Shown here: positions 33,022 to 45,971 of the stretch, piece by piece | Layout of the letters: each line of letters begins with the position of its first letter | How positions within the stretch are numbered: the stretch's first letter is position 1 | Assembly (NCBI RefSeq): GCF_009914755.1 | Contig: NC_060940.1 | DNA from: the human T2T-CHM13v2.0 reference genome, Homo sapiens | Length of the DNA: 64,000 nucleotides | Direction: 5' to 3' (one strand) | Made by a program: the position numbers and the translations under genes | Notes under the pieces: generated by a model | The model's input: the letters and a program-made list of their open reading frames with translations, nothing else | What the model was told of the DNA's origin: nothing | Database searches by the model: none

Positions 33022-33290
33022 GGATGCTGTTTGGGCTCACAGAGCATATTCTCCCAATGTTGCTCTCCCAGAATGAAAGAGCTGTCCCCTGGTTCACAAT
33101 CCTCTTTCAGCAGCATCTCATGCTTTTGAAATTGTCTCTTGAAACAGTGATTTGTCATCACTATACCCAGTAAACTGCAGGGAGAGCCCAAGCACAGATT
33201 CATGAAACCAGCAGAGAGTCACTTCCCTGGGACTGTCAGATGCAATGACACAGTCAAGATCCATGGTGAGTCCAGAAACTTTCAGATAAT
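33022..33290 (-). pseudogene. Highly decayed clan-III-like VH relic
   Basis: SGLT (33265-33276) and ITVSRDNFKS (33122-33151) at VH spacing, then GTALSFWE, heptamer-like AACATTG (33055-33061) and spacer tgtgagccca. Confidence 0.62.
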
Positions 33291-34414
33291 TCATAGGAGC
33301 CTCTTATTTCTCTTACGATTCTCTATTCAAAGGTCATGCCGAAAAGTATCTTCACAGAGAGAACTACATGGCTTAAAGCCCACAGAAATGAAAACATGCA
33401 TGTACACACACATATACACCAACCACCCCCCCACACACACACACATGCAGAGTGGTATGGCTGATTTTTACAGTAATTGGCTCCTAATTTGGGATCTTTC
33501 CTAGTGTAAACCAAAGGTTTCTGAGACAGATCTCAATCAAATTAAAATTAATTTTCCCAAAGTTAGGACAGCCTGGAAGAAAAATAAAAGTAACCACAGA
33601 AACTGTGTGTGGTTAGTGCCATTCCTTAAAGACGATTTTTAGGGCTTTCAATATACACAGAGGAAAAGCTGGGTAGAGGGGAAATTTGGATGGTAAGAAA
33701 ATTTACATGTGTAATGAAAAAGAAGCACATAGGGAAATATAAAATTACGTAGTTCTCCTGCAGTAAGTCAGCACTTTCCCATGCTGTTCTCATGATAGTG
33801 AATAAGTCCCATTAGATCTGATAGTTTTATCAAGGGGAGTTCCCCTGCACAAACTCTCTCTTGTCTGCCACCATGTAAGATGTCCCTTGCTTTCCTGACA
33901 TGATTGTGAAGCATCCCCAGCCATGTGGAACTATAAGTCCATTAAACCTCATTCCTTTACAAATTACCCAGGCTTGGTTATGTTTTTATTAGTAGCAGGA
34001 GAACAGACTAATACATTTATTTTGCCAAAGTTAAGAACCCACCCATGACAAGCCTCAGGAAGTCCTGAGACATGTGCCCAAGGTGATAGAAATACAGCTT
34101 GCTTTTATACATTTTAGAGAGACATGAGACATCAATCAATATATGTAAAATGTACATTTTTTTTTCCTTCAAGACAGGACAAATTGAAAGGGGGTTTTGC
34201 AGTTTAGAAGTAGATAAGACACAGTAGATTGCATTGTTTTAAGTCCTTTATCAGCCTACCACTGAATCCACAATTTAGTCAGACTTAGTGAATCTTCATT
34301 TTTTCATAAATGATACTGAAGAGGAAGCAATCAGATATGTATCTGTCTCATGTGGGCCTCAGAGGAATGACTTTGAATAGAAAGGGAGGCAGGTTTGCCC
34401 AAAGCCCTTTCCAG

Positions 34415-35180
34415 TAAAACACCCTTGTTTTCTGGAATATCACCGAAGGTTCTTTGTGTCGTGGCTATGAAAATCAAGGACACAGACACGCAAAAGGTGA
34501 GGTTGGAGCAGAAATTTAATATGTAAAAGGAAAACAAAAAAGCTCTCTGTCACAGAAAGGGGTCCCAAATGGGTTGCTGTGCTGCAGTAAAATGTAAGGA
34601 TTTTTATAAATGTGCTACTGGGGAGAGGGTATCTTATCAACATAGGGTGCAAAAACAGGACCAGATGTGCCATCTGCATAGAGCGAAGTCTCTGGCAGCC
34701 CCATCTCATGCTTTTATTATGCAGGTGGGGACTTAGCTTGGTCTGCTCCACTTTCCTTATCTCCTTCCACCATGCGTGTGCTGAAAAAGGAGGGAGGAGT
34801 TTCCATGCCAGGTCCCAGGTACCTCCTTGCAGCTGGGGGCATCCCAAACCCCGTACAAGCTAACAGCTTTCCTAGCTCAGTGTGACCCCAGAAAAGGAAA
34901 GGAATGTGCTCATTAAGGCCCAGTGTTTTTATTGGGACCCATCCTATGTATGTGAACTTTGGTGATTACAAACAGAAATACCCTCTCTGCCAGAGTTGTT
35001 TATCTATATTTTACAGCCCGATCTTTCAGGCTGCTCTTTGTTAGAAGTGATCTCTTTGAACTGTGTCTGATTAGAAAAGAAGTTATTTTTGAGCTGATTC
35101 TTGTTAGAAGAAAAGTTTTTGCCAGAGACTCTTTCATCCTAACTATCTACCTAAATAATTTCTTTCTATCTTCTATTACA
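34415..35180 (-). mobile_element. ERV1 LTR nested in a MER4 LTR
   Basis: Flanked by 4-bp TSD CCAG (34411-34414, 35181-35184); host LTR resumes in register. Confidence 0.7.
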
Positions 35181-35286
35181 CCAGCTGGACTCTTCTCTTT
35201 AGCTTAGTGATTTTGGGGTCTCAAGATTTATTTTCTCTTCACAATAGGCAGGTACAAAAGGAGACTTCATATGTAATTAAGTTGCT

Positions 35287-35654
35287 TGTATTAGTCCATG
35301 TTCGGGTTGCTATAAGGACATACATGAGGCTGGGTAATTTATAAAGAAAAATAGGTTTAATTAACTCACAGTTCTTCATGGCTGGGGAGGCCACAAAAAA
35401 CTTACAATCATGATGCAAGGGGTAGCAAACACATGCTATTTCACATGACTGCAGGAGAGAGAAGTGTTAAGTGAAGAGGGAAGCCCCTCATAAAATTATC
35501 AAATCTTGTGATAACTCACTCACTAACAGGAGAAAAGCAGGAAGAAAATAGCCCGTATGATTCAATTATTTCCACCTCATTCCACCCTTGCAATGTGTGA
35601 ATTATTACAATGAAAGGTGAGATTTGGGTAGGGACACAGAGCCAAACCATATCA
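35287..35654 (-). mobile_element. THE1/MST solo LTR
   Basis: tgtattagtcc...gccaaaccatatca; TSD ttgct/ttgat; TGATTCAATTA at 35558-35568. Confidence 0.85.
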
Positions 35655-37865
35655 TTGATTTTATTTTCTTTAGAATTTACATTGTCTAGCTGTAAGAAAG
35701 CACAGCTTAACTTCTGCTGGTTTCAAGTCAGGAAAAATATTTAAAAAGGGAAATAATTGAAAACGTTATTTTGGAGACTTGTGCAAAGATACGCTTTAAA
35801 ATTCAGTCCAAATTGTAGAAAATAATATAAATTGAAAAGCAAGTGGACAAGGTTAAAATCTATTAACTGATGCCCTATAGTTTATTTTGAAATAATATTT
35901 CTCTCTATAATTCCCCAATTTTATTTGAGATAAAATCATAGTAGGACCAATTTATTTGTAAAATCAGTTTTAGGCTTATGAGACTTGGCCTGGTTTTTTT
36001 GTATAAGAGGCAGCAAAATAATCATTTAACATATTAGCTCTCTTTTTTTGTTTTCTATTTTTTGTTTGTACATAGGTAATTTTATTCATAAATTGACTTT
36101 GCTAGAAATTTTTTGTAAGGAGTCAAAGGGTAGAATCTTTAAAATCTTCAAGCCCAGTCAATATTTTATCTGTGCCACCAGATAGCTATGTGAATTGGGT
36201 TACTTTCTCTTTTTTCAAGTTTCCAAGAAAACTTGGGAGTCCTGGGTCTGTCAGAAATTAAATTGTTTACTTACTACAGTTCAGGGCCCTGTAAAAAAAA
36301 AAAAAAGGTACATGCCAGTTTTCCCAAGGGGCTTTATCAGCTCTCCAGGTTAGATTCATTTTATAAAGTAAATATGAAAATATATAATTCAACTTAAAGA
36401 CTTAGTAAAATGACCATTGTCTCCAATTGTGCCCTGTTATGGAAGAAAGCAGATTTTTATTGAACCTATGCAAATAACTATTTTGATATAAGAATACTCA
36501 CAGTTTCCAAATTTTGGAGAAATTATGTATATAAGAAGATATTATGTTTTTATTTTTTTCTTAATAAAGTATACCATACTCAATTGTTAACAACTGTGAA
36601 TAGCTTAAAAGACAAACTTTTCCTGATTCTGAAAAAACAGAACATAAGTAATTAGCAAATGCTTTAAAGAATAAGCCATAAAAATAATTTCAGTCTTCTG
36701 TCAATTCAGTTCATGCAATTAAGTCCTGTCCTGCTTAATATTAGATTAACAATCATCAGAAATCAATCAGGTATCAATGAGAGTCTTGGAAGTTTTAATC
36801 TCTATACCAATGGCACAATTTATAAAATTGTCACAATCATATATTTAAGAGTACTCCTCAAAATTCTATAGATTATTATAAGCCACTTGATAAAGAATCA
36901 AAGTAAAACACCAACTGTGGATGACTGAAGTTTTCGAATAGCCATGGTTAAAGGCAGAATTGAGGGGAAAATTTGGTTACTTCCGCAATAAACAGAAATT
37001 TTACATAATAATCATAAACACTACCGATAAAATATACTAAGACATATCAAATCACTTGGATCTCATACAATTTTGGAAAATATGCTCTTTAATTTATATA
37101 AATATGGTCCAATTATATAGTCCACATTTATTTAAATATAGTCCAAAGTTAAAACACTTTTGCAAATTTGACGTAGCTCCCTGCATATTTTAATTATACC
37201 AAATAAGCTGAATAAGTTTAATTTTGGCTTTGGGGACCTAATATCAGAAAAGAATAATGAGGTCAAATGACTGCATTTAGAATTTTATTTTGTGAAGTTT
37301 GTCAAATATCAAAAGTTTACAATGTTTGATATTACAAAATAGGATTACAGATTGTTGTAATGTAAGTTATTTATTTAGTCCAGTGAGAACTCAGTGATTT
37401 TGAAAGAAAGCAAAAACTTTTATTTTTCAAAGAGAAGAATTAATTTTCTAAACAATAACCCCTTATAAGAACAGCATGAGAGAAGTTAAAACTGTCTCTC
37501 AATTCCAAAAAATAAATCTATTACATTATAATTACTTTTACCATAAAATTTAATTTCAAATGATCTCTTATAAACTTTTATAAGTTTTTCAAATTAAAAA
37601 GTGGATTAATTCTTCAAGAAACCCTTGTCAATTAATGTTTACTGTATAAAGAAACTTTCAAGTAATTTCATCTTTCAAAATTAGCTTTTACAATCTTACA
37701 AACCACTTCTTCTGTAACAGTCCCTGGGCCTGGAGTGGTTGAGTAGATTCAATTTCTGGCCTTGTGTCTTAAGTGTGTGATTAATTTTTATTGTCATTTT
37801 CTTCCACATGTCTAGATGGGGCTTCAATTGCTGTCAGAGTTTAAAATTTAGCAAGACTCGGTGTC

Positions 37866-38180
<315 letters not shown>

Positions 38181-39171
38181 TGTAGCAGCACAAGGCCTTT
38201 AAAAGTTACGCAGATAGTTACATTAACGTAATAACATTAATTTATATTTTCTCAAAATCTCAGTATTCCTAAGTAGTTGAAAAACTTAAAAACAGCTACA
38301 GAGGAAGTATTTCAAGAAAATATAAAATTTGTTTTATGCCATTTACCAAATGGGAAAAAAAACACCTTCAGCAGTGTGACTGTGTTTCCCTGTAGGGAAA
38401 TCAGATAACCTGCAAGTCAACTCTAATGAAACAAAGTATTTGATTAATTAGACATAGGAAGAATGTGTCTTGGATTACAAGTGAAGATTTTGGTTTCATA
38501 GACAAATATAGACATTTTAAAAAACCCAAGAGTGCAGAATACTATATTGAAATAAAACATTTTATTAAGAACTTTAATATAAAAGATTTTTAGCATCAGG
38601 CAATCATAGCAGTTAGAAGCTAACAACGTTAGAAGTTAACTCTGTTAGAGGCTAACTGCTGTAAGAAAAAAATTGTTAGATGAGCTCATGAAAAATTTGA
38701 GATCCTCTCAAGCCTTCTCAAAAGAGAATAAAACTGGCAAGACGCAGTAAGAGTTAAACTTTTGGGTTAAAAAATTAAAATATCTTATAATTTCATTGAG
38801 TAAATCAATACTTTAAGACAATTTTTCATTCTAACCAATCTTTAGTATATTTATATATTTTTATATGAAAGCCAGATCTCTACAAATCTATAAGGACTAT
38901 TATAAATACTTCCCTTTTAATTATAGTCAACTTCATAATATGAAGTTATTTTAATAAATTAACTTTTACAAACCTTAGTTTGACTTACAAAAAACGCTTA
39001 TGGCATACTTGAACATATAGTTTTATTCTAAACATCACTCTTTCTTAAATAAAGTCATTTTTATTTTAGGATAAAAAGTTGCCATACAAGATTCTTTCTC
39101 ATATAAAATTATTTTTATTTTTTTATTTTAACCTTTCATACCAAAAGTACTCCTCTATGTCTAAAAATTTC

Positions 39172-39235
39172 TTTTTTTTTTTTTTTTTTGAGACAGAATC
39201 TTGCTCTTTCACCCAGGCTGGAGTGCAGTGGCATC
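39172..39235 (-). mobile_element. Short Alu 3' fragment
   Basis: Poly-T + gagacagaatcttgctctttcacccaggctggagtgcagtggc. Confidence 0.8.
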
Positions 39236-40944
39236 TCTCTTATTTACTGGTTATGTTTAGGATGTTTTATAAGTAACCTCTGAATTAAATAAAATCTTTT
39301 TGTAAGAACAAATATTTTACAAAAATATTTTCTTTTAGTATACATTTTTAAAACGATTAGCAATGACCTAAACATTTAGTCAATATCTATTATTTAATTA
39401 AACTTTAGATTTTTAAATTGTAGAACAAGTTTATTTAAAAGGTTTATTTTGTTACATTAACTTAATTTATTTTTTAAATAGCTTACCTAGATCATTTATG
39501 AAAACTATAATACTCATCCTTTAAAGCTTTTTCCCTGTTATCCATATTATAACCCATGAATTTCAGGTGTTTACCTAAGTAAAATTCTTATTAAATAAAT
39601 GATTGTATTTCCAATAACTATTTACCTGTTTTTTATTAAAACAATAATATTAAACATATTATTTGTCAAATTACAAAGATCATTCTGGTTTTAACTTGGT
39701 TAATAATTTTATAATCTTCATAGAAATGTTTCACACCATATAACATCCAGTTGCAATTTTAAATATAAAATCACTTGATCAATTGATATAAACCATAAGG
39801 TATTCTGATAATTGTTAAAATATTTCTAATTTTATTTTACCAATAATTTTGAAGCCAGCTTATTTATTACATATTTATTTAAGTTACATGTACTTCAGAT
39901 GCATTAGGGCTCATTGACTTAATTTAAAATAGTTATTTATTTTAAAGTCAATTTTGTACCTTGTAGCCATAACACATAACAAAAATATATATATATATGT
40001 ACATAATAGATACAAGCACACATTCACACTAATACAAAGATACTAGAGCTTTTACTTTAAAACTCTAGCTATGGAATATCAATACAAACTCAACAGATGT
40101 TCAACAAAAAAGGGTTAGATGTAAACAGTGGTTGTCATCTTAAAACCAGTAGAAAGGCCCTGTAAACTGGAAAACAAAATATTTTTAAGCCAAAAACATA
40201 TCCTCATCTTTCTTTATAAACTTCACCATAAATTGATTATACTCTCTTACTATTCTAATTTTTAGTAACCCTAATTCACAGTGAGAAGCCTAGGATTACT
40301 TAATTTAACATGACATGAGTTTAAGATTTTAAATTACTGAAGACAATTATGAGTCTAAATTTACCAAATTAATATTTGTAAAGCAATGTAAAATGTAAAG
40401 GTGACTCTAAAAAATAGATGTACATTTTCTTTACAAAGCATTTCACTAAACAGACTTAACTTGATTGGAGGTCTTTGAAACACAGCTTGATTACATTACT
40501 GCCCTTAGAGTGGGACCATTTAAGAAAAAGGGCCAAGAAAACATGCAGTTTTTAATTCATAAAGTACAATTGCTTATGCAAATGTGCAAAGAAATGAGTA
40601 GCCTTCTATAGTGATGACCATTTCCTGTAAACTGCCCTCAGCCACACCTAACATAGCTTTCAAAGCCACCCCTAAAATTACCGCTTTCATTCACTATTGC
40701 ACACACCATGAATGAATCCTCTCAAAGTACAATGTAATTCTGGTAGCATCCAAAGCCAAAAACATGACACAATACAAGAAAGCAGAGCTTTATACTTGCT
40801 CTGCTTTATACCGAAGAATCTGCCAATGATTGAAACCACAAAGGAAGCAGAAAAACTCCCACCATGTTAGTGGCAAGATACAAGAGGAACCCTCCTCCCT
40901 GCTCCCACTCAGGGACCTGATTTGGAGCTGCCTCCTAAGGGAGC

Positions 40945-41829
40945 AGTGGTGTCCTCAGTGCCCCTTGGTGTCCTCACTGCTCCCTGGTTTCCTGAGCACC
41001 CCCTGGTGTCCTGAGTGCCCCCCTGGGGTTCTGAGCACCCCTGGTGGTTCTGAGCACACCCTAGTGGTTCTGAACCACCTGGTGTCCCGATCGTCCCCGG
41101 TGGTTCTGAGTGCCTCCTCATGTCCTGAGTGCTCCCTAGTGGTTCTGAGTCCCCTGGTTTCCTGAGTACCCCCTGGTGGTTCTGAGCACCCCCTGGTGTC
41201 CTGAGCGCCCCCTGGTGTCCTCAAAACCCCCTAGTGGTTCTGAGCCCCCTGGGGTCCTAAGATCCCCCTAGTGGATCTGAGCATCCCCTGGGGTCCTGAG
41301 GGCCCCCTCGTGGTTCTGAGCACACCCTAGTGGTTCTGAGACCCCTGGTGTCCTGAGCACCTCCTGGTGGTTCTGAGATCCCCCTGGTGTCTTGATTGCC
41401 CTTTGGTGTTTCTGAGCTCCCCCTAGTGTCCTGAGGGCTCCCTGGTGTCTCCAGTGTCCCCTGGTGGTTCTGAGTGACCCCCACCAAGTGTCCTGAGTGC
41501 CCCCTGGTGGTTCTGAGCACCCCTGCTATCCTGAGCTACCCCTCACCACAGTGTCTGGAGTGCCCCCTGGTGGTTCTGAGTGACCCCCCCCCCCCCCAGT
41601 GTCCTGAGCGCTCCCTGGTGGTTCTGAGCACCCGCTGTTTTCCTGAGGCTCCGCACCCCCAGGTGGTTCTGAACATCCTTTCTTGTCATCAGTGCCCCAT
41701 GGTGGTTCTGAGCACCCTCTGGTGGTTTTGAGTGCCCCCTTGTGTTCTGAGCGCCCCCTGGTGGTTTTGAGTAACCCATGGTGTCCTGAGCACCCCCTGA
41801 TGTCCTGAGCACCCCCTGGTGGTTCTGAG
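40945..41829 (-). repeat. Minisatellite of ~45 x 19/20-bp units, each a CTCF-motif variant
   Basis: Units gcgccccctggtggttctga (20 bp) and gcgccccctggtgtcctga (19 bp); minus strand CCACCAGGGGGCGC exact at 41751-41764. Confidence 0.92.
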
Positions 41830-41870
41830 AAGCATCTACCAGGCAGTCCCCTCCTGTCCCCCTGCAGGGA

Positions 41871-41909
41871 GGTTGGTGTCTGAGCTCACTCAGATGTCCC
41901 CTCACTGTG
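41871..41909 (-). promoter_or_regulatory. 23-RSS of the IGHV(III) pseudogene
   Basis: CACAGTG (41903-41909), 23 bp, ACACCAACC (41871-41879). Confidence 0.88.
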
Positions 41910-42335
41910 TCCCTCAAAGTAATACACGGAGTTTTCCTGAGCTCTCAGGTTAATCATCTTAAAAGAGAATCTCCTGAACTGAGTGTATTTGAGGATTGTT
42001 AATCATCTTTTTACTCAAGGAGAGTCCCACTGAGAACTTCCATTTGAATTATTGTTATTACCCACACCCACCCCTGTCATGAAGCCTGCTGGATCAAGCT
42101 TATGCTGTTTTCAGTGAAAGTGAATCCAGAGGCTTTGCAGAAAAGGCAGAATTCCTGGTCTGTAGTATTTCTCTGTCTGACTCCGTTAGTTAACGTCACA
42201 GGGGACTTCTGCAAACACAGAGGCAACAGACTGAGAACAGCCCCACCTTTGAGCAGCCACAGCAGGGCCTGATCCACGGGGAACCTGGATATTGAGAGTG
42301 ATGACAAGAGAAGCCCAGATCAGCACAGACCCCAT
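41910..42335 (-). pseudogene. IGHV(III)-type pseudogene (IGHV(III)-13-1-like)
   Basis: Leader MGSVLIWASLVITLNIQ, acceptor ttgcag with exon starting at 42208, FCKASGFTFTENSISLIQQAS*, FR3 ctgagagctcaggaaaactccgtgtattac; multiple stops and indels. Confidence 0.88.
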
Positions 42336-42849
42336 GGTGTGGACACTAAGGAAGGGCACAGATGTGGGGTGGCTCCTCACCAGGATCTACAGGAACAGGG
42401 GATGAGCTACTTTTCATTTGCAGAGGAGGGGCTTCATTTCCATGTCTTTCTCCCTGGGGACATGAGTGCACTGCTCAGCAGGCCTCTTCCCATCTCTGTC
42501 TCTGGATTCCAGGGAGGGCAGGGTCAAAGGATTCCTGGGACTGGATGTTCAGGGTTGATCTGCCCATTACTCTTTTTTTTCTCGTATGTGGACCCCTATA
42601 GGGTATCTTTATAGTATCAATATTTATCAACAAATAAGTACAGTAAACAAATAAAAATAAACCTTGCCCAGAGGAAATGGACTCCTGCCTGTAGGCTGTG
42701 CAATTAGAGCTGTAAAGGACTGTCTTCTACAATAAAGGAAAGTCTTCAGTTAGAATTTTAAAAATGACAATTTCTACAAACTATCAGAGCTGGAGTCCAT
42801 AATTACCACTATCCTAAGCTCATCTTGCCACATAACTGTTTGTTGTCAG

Positions 42850-43050
42850 CTATATGTGCTTGTCTGAGGAAAAAGTCAATGTGGGGACATGTGTGCTTAT
42901 CTGAGGGAAGAGTTCACATGAAGACAGGGGTGCTTGTCTGAGGGAAGAGTCAACCTGAGGATGCGTTTGTCTGAGGGAAAGGTCCACGTGGGGACAGGTG
43001 TGGGCATTGTCTGATGGTAAATGCCCATTCAGAGACGGTGTGTGCCTGGA
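42850..43050. repeat. Degenerate ~37-bp tandem repeat (~5 units) upstream of IGHV(III) copy B
   Basis: Same unit as 19663-19952. Confidence 0.75.
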
Positions 43051-45375
43051 CTGAGCTGAAGTTTGAGGGAAATCTTTCTCAGTCAAAGGAAGATGCGAAT
43101 CATCTGGATTAATTGCTTGTCAGCAGGGAAACTTGGTTGCACATGAACCTGATAAAAGAAAAGTCTCTTGTGAATGGAAACATCTTATGTGCAAATGGGG
43201 AAAGTTACTTCATTCTTTGTTGCCTGCATCTCATGCAATTCCCTGCCCACACGGTGTAAATGTATTTGATATTTTATTTTTGTACACTCTGCATTTTATC
43301 CTGGGGTTCATGATGTGCTACATCATTTTATAAGTTGTATATATTTAGATTCATAGTTTACATCATAGAATTATGAGAATTAACAAATTGTGTCATGCGT
43401 TCACTACTGCAGATCATAAAAAAGTTTCACTGTTTGCAAACAGTACCTTTTTCTCCTAATGCATACCCTCTCTCTAAATTTCTAGAAAATCCTCATATAT
43501 TTATGACATCTACAGTTTTGTCTTTTACAGAATGTCAAATAAAATGTATACAACATATTTCAAATAACCTCACTGAAGAAGGTGGCACATAAAGTTTCTC
43601 ACCTATATAACTTAGAAGTCAGGGTGTTCTGTAAATCTAAAGTATAAAGAAACTGCACTTAAACACTTTTTTCTAGTCAATAAACATACTTCCAACAGGG
43701 GTACAAGTTAACAATTCTAATACCACGATGCATATATTCTAAATTGTACAACAAATTGAATGAATGGCAAATGATGGGAGGGGTTCCTCACTTTGCAGTA
43801 GGTGGTTATGGACAGGCAAGGAAGGAAAGCTTGAAACATTCATGTATCATCATAGTAGATTGTAGATACCAGTGTTCTAAAGTTTGAGGCAATAAACATA
43901 CAGAAGATTGGATACATAAATAGATTAGATGGGTCCATTAACATGGGTTAATATATACATACACATTTTCTAGGCCTGTTAGCTTAGAGATTCTAGAAAC
44001 ACTTACAGTACATTAACAACACACACACCCAACATCATAATTTTGTGTGTTGATATAATTCTTTAATATCAAGGACCGGCAATCCTTGGAGAAATAACTG
44101 ATTCTATGTGTAGAAAAGATAATAGAGATAATGAGCTTAGTATTTCTTGTAACACCAGGAAATAGGGAAGTGATCAAAAACAAAAGGATGGGGCATGCTG
44201 TAAAAATACAGAATCCAAACTAAATGAGCTCACAGAACCTAAAAAAAAGCTGTGGTGATTTGAGCGATAAAATAAATAATGTAGCACCAGATCTTCTCCA
44301 TAGTAAAAAATAAACATTCATGAGCCAACACCGACATTAACAGATTATTGAATAAAGAAAATTAGAAAAAAGGCACCTTCCATTCAGAAGAATTCTAAAC
44401 ATCTTAATAATCTTCTCATTAAATAGGAGAAATTCAAATAATTATGCTGTGATTGTGGCCTGAGATTAGAGACAAGAGAAAAATCCTGTTAGTGGAATTC
44501 ATAATTAGTTTTTAGATATCATGCCGAAAGTATGAGCTATGAAATAATTATTTTATGTAAGTTTACACATACACACACACACACTATATATATATGCACA
44601 CACACACATATGTATATAAATATTTTTCTGCCACAGACACTGATATGGGAGTAAAACAACAACTACAATTTGGAGAATACACTTGTAAAACACATATTTG
44701 TTAATCAATTTTTTGTTAACTTCGTGAGTGACTTATATAATGGGTATATAAGGAAACTTACAACTGATCAAAAAGAAACAATGCAATAAAAAATAATCCA
44801 CATACCATACGAGACACTTCATCACAATTATATGAAATAATTAAATACAAAATTTTAATTAGAAATATGTGCGTTTAAACAACAATGAGATATCACTACT
44901 AATCTATTAGAATAGTTAAAATACGCAATACTCATAGTGCCAAATGGCAATGAGGATGCGGAAGAACAAGATCTATCATGCATTGCTGGCATGAACACAA
45001 AATTATAATTGCACAAAATGGAAAACATTAAAACATTTTGATATTTTATATAATGGAGATAAGTGTAGAGTTAAAATGTGATCTTAGCAGCTGTGCTCCA
45101 AAACATTTACAACACCCGTTCCAAAACTTATGCTCGCACTAATATTTTCAGAGGAATTCTATTATTGGTTTTATTAATTTGATTTGTTCTCCACTCCCTG
45201 AATTTTGCTTACAGAATAAAAGTTGTATGGAAAATTTCCCACATAATTAGAGTCCATACGCATTTCTATTTTCCTTTTTTCAGCAATGACTTAAACTCGC
45301 TTTCTAAAAAAAGTCTTTAAAGCAAATAAAATCCCTGTCATCTCTCAAGCCCAGCACTGCTGCCACCTCCCTCAG

Positions 45376-45414
45376 GATTGCTGACTGTCTCAGGATGTGG
45401 GTTTTCACATTGTG
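45376..45414 (-). promoter_or_regulatory. Degenerate 23-RSS of the IGHV1 pseudogene
   Basis: CACAATG, 23 bp, TCAGCAATC. Confidence 0.8.
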
Positions 45415-45847
45415 TGTCTCGCACAGTAGTACACATCTATGTCCTCAGATCTCTGACTGCTCAGCTCCATGTAGGCTGTGCTCGTGGACATGTCCCTGGT
45501 CATGGTGACTCTGCCCTGAAACTTCTGTGCATAGCCTGTCTTACCATTGCCAGAGTAGATCCCTCCCATCCTTTCAAACCCTTATCCAGGGGCCTGTCGC
45601 ACACAGTGAATATCGTAGCTGGTGAAGGTGTATCCAGAGCTTTGCGGGACACCTTCACTGAGGCCCCAAGCTTCCTCCTTCAGCCCCAGACTGCACCAGC
45701 TGCACCTGGAATTGGGCACCTGTGGAGAGAATACAGGAGTGGATGAAATTCTTTTTGACTGAAAAGAGTCCTCTCATCCTTCGGAGTAGGTGGTCCTTTA
45801 CCTGTAGCTGCTGCCACCAAAAAAATGATCCTTCAGGTCCAGTCCAT
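45415..45847 (-). pseudogene. IGHV1 pseudogene (IGHV1-14-like orphon); leader 45847-45802, V exon 45719-45415
   Basis: TGA at leader codon 5, FR1 frameshifts, first Cys>Arg, FR2 Trp>Cys, TAA in FR2; FR3 [32 protein letters not shown] recognisable. Confidence 0.92.
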
Positions 45848-45929
45848 GGTGAGGAGCTGTGTTCTCAGCAACTTCTCTAGAGGAGGGATGTGGTTGTTGG
45901 GTGATGCTCTCAGGGCACAAGAATAACCA

Positions 45930-45971
45930 TATTTAATCTCAGTGGATCTCATGATATTTGCATATTCATGA
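45930..45971 (-). promoter_or_regulatory. VH1 promoter (heptamer-like, octamer, TATA-like)
   Basis: TCATGA-AT-ATGCAAAT (octamer 45956-45963); TTAAATA at 45930-45936. Confidence 0.82.

Noticed and set aside
40945-41829. Short-repeat array as a CRISPR array or repeat-protein gene (ORFs 40830-41917)
   Set aside because: Units are contiguous with no unique spacers, the context is primate DNA with no cas genes, and the ORFs are by-products of a GC-rich repeat in several frames.
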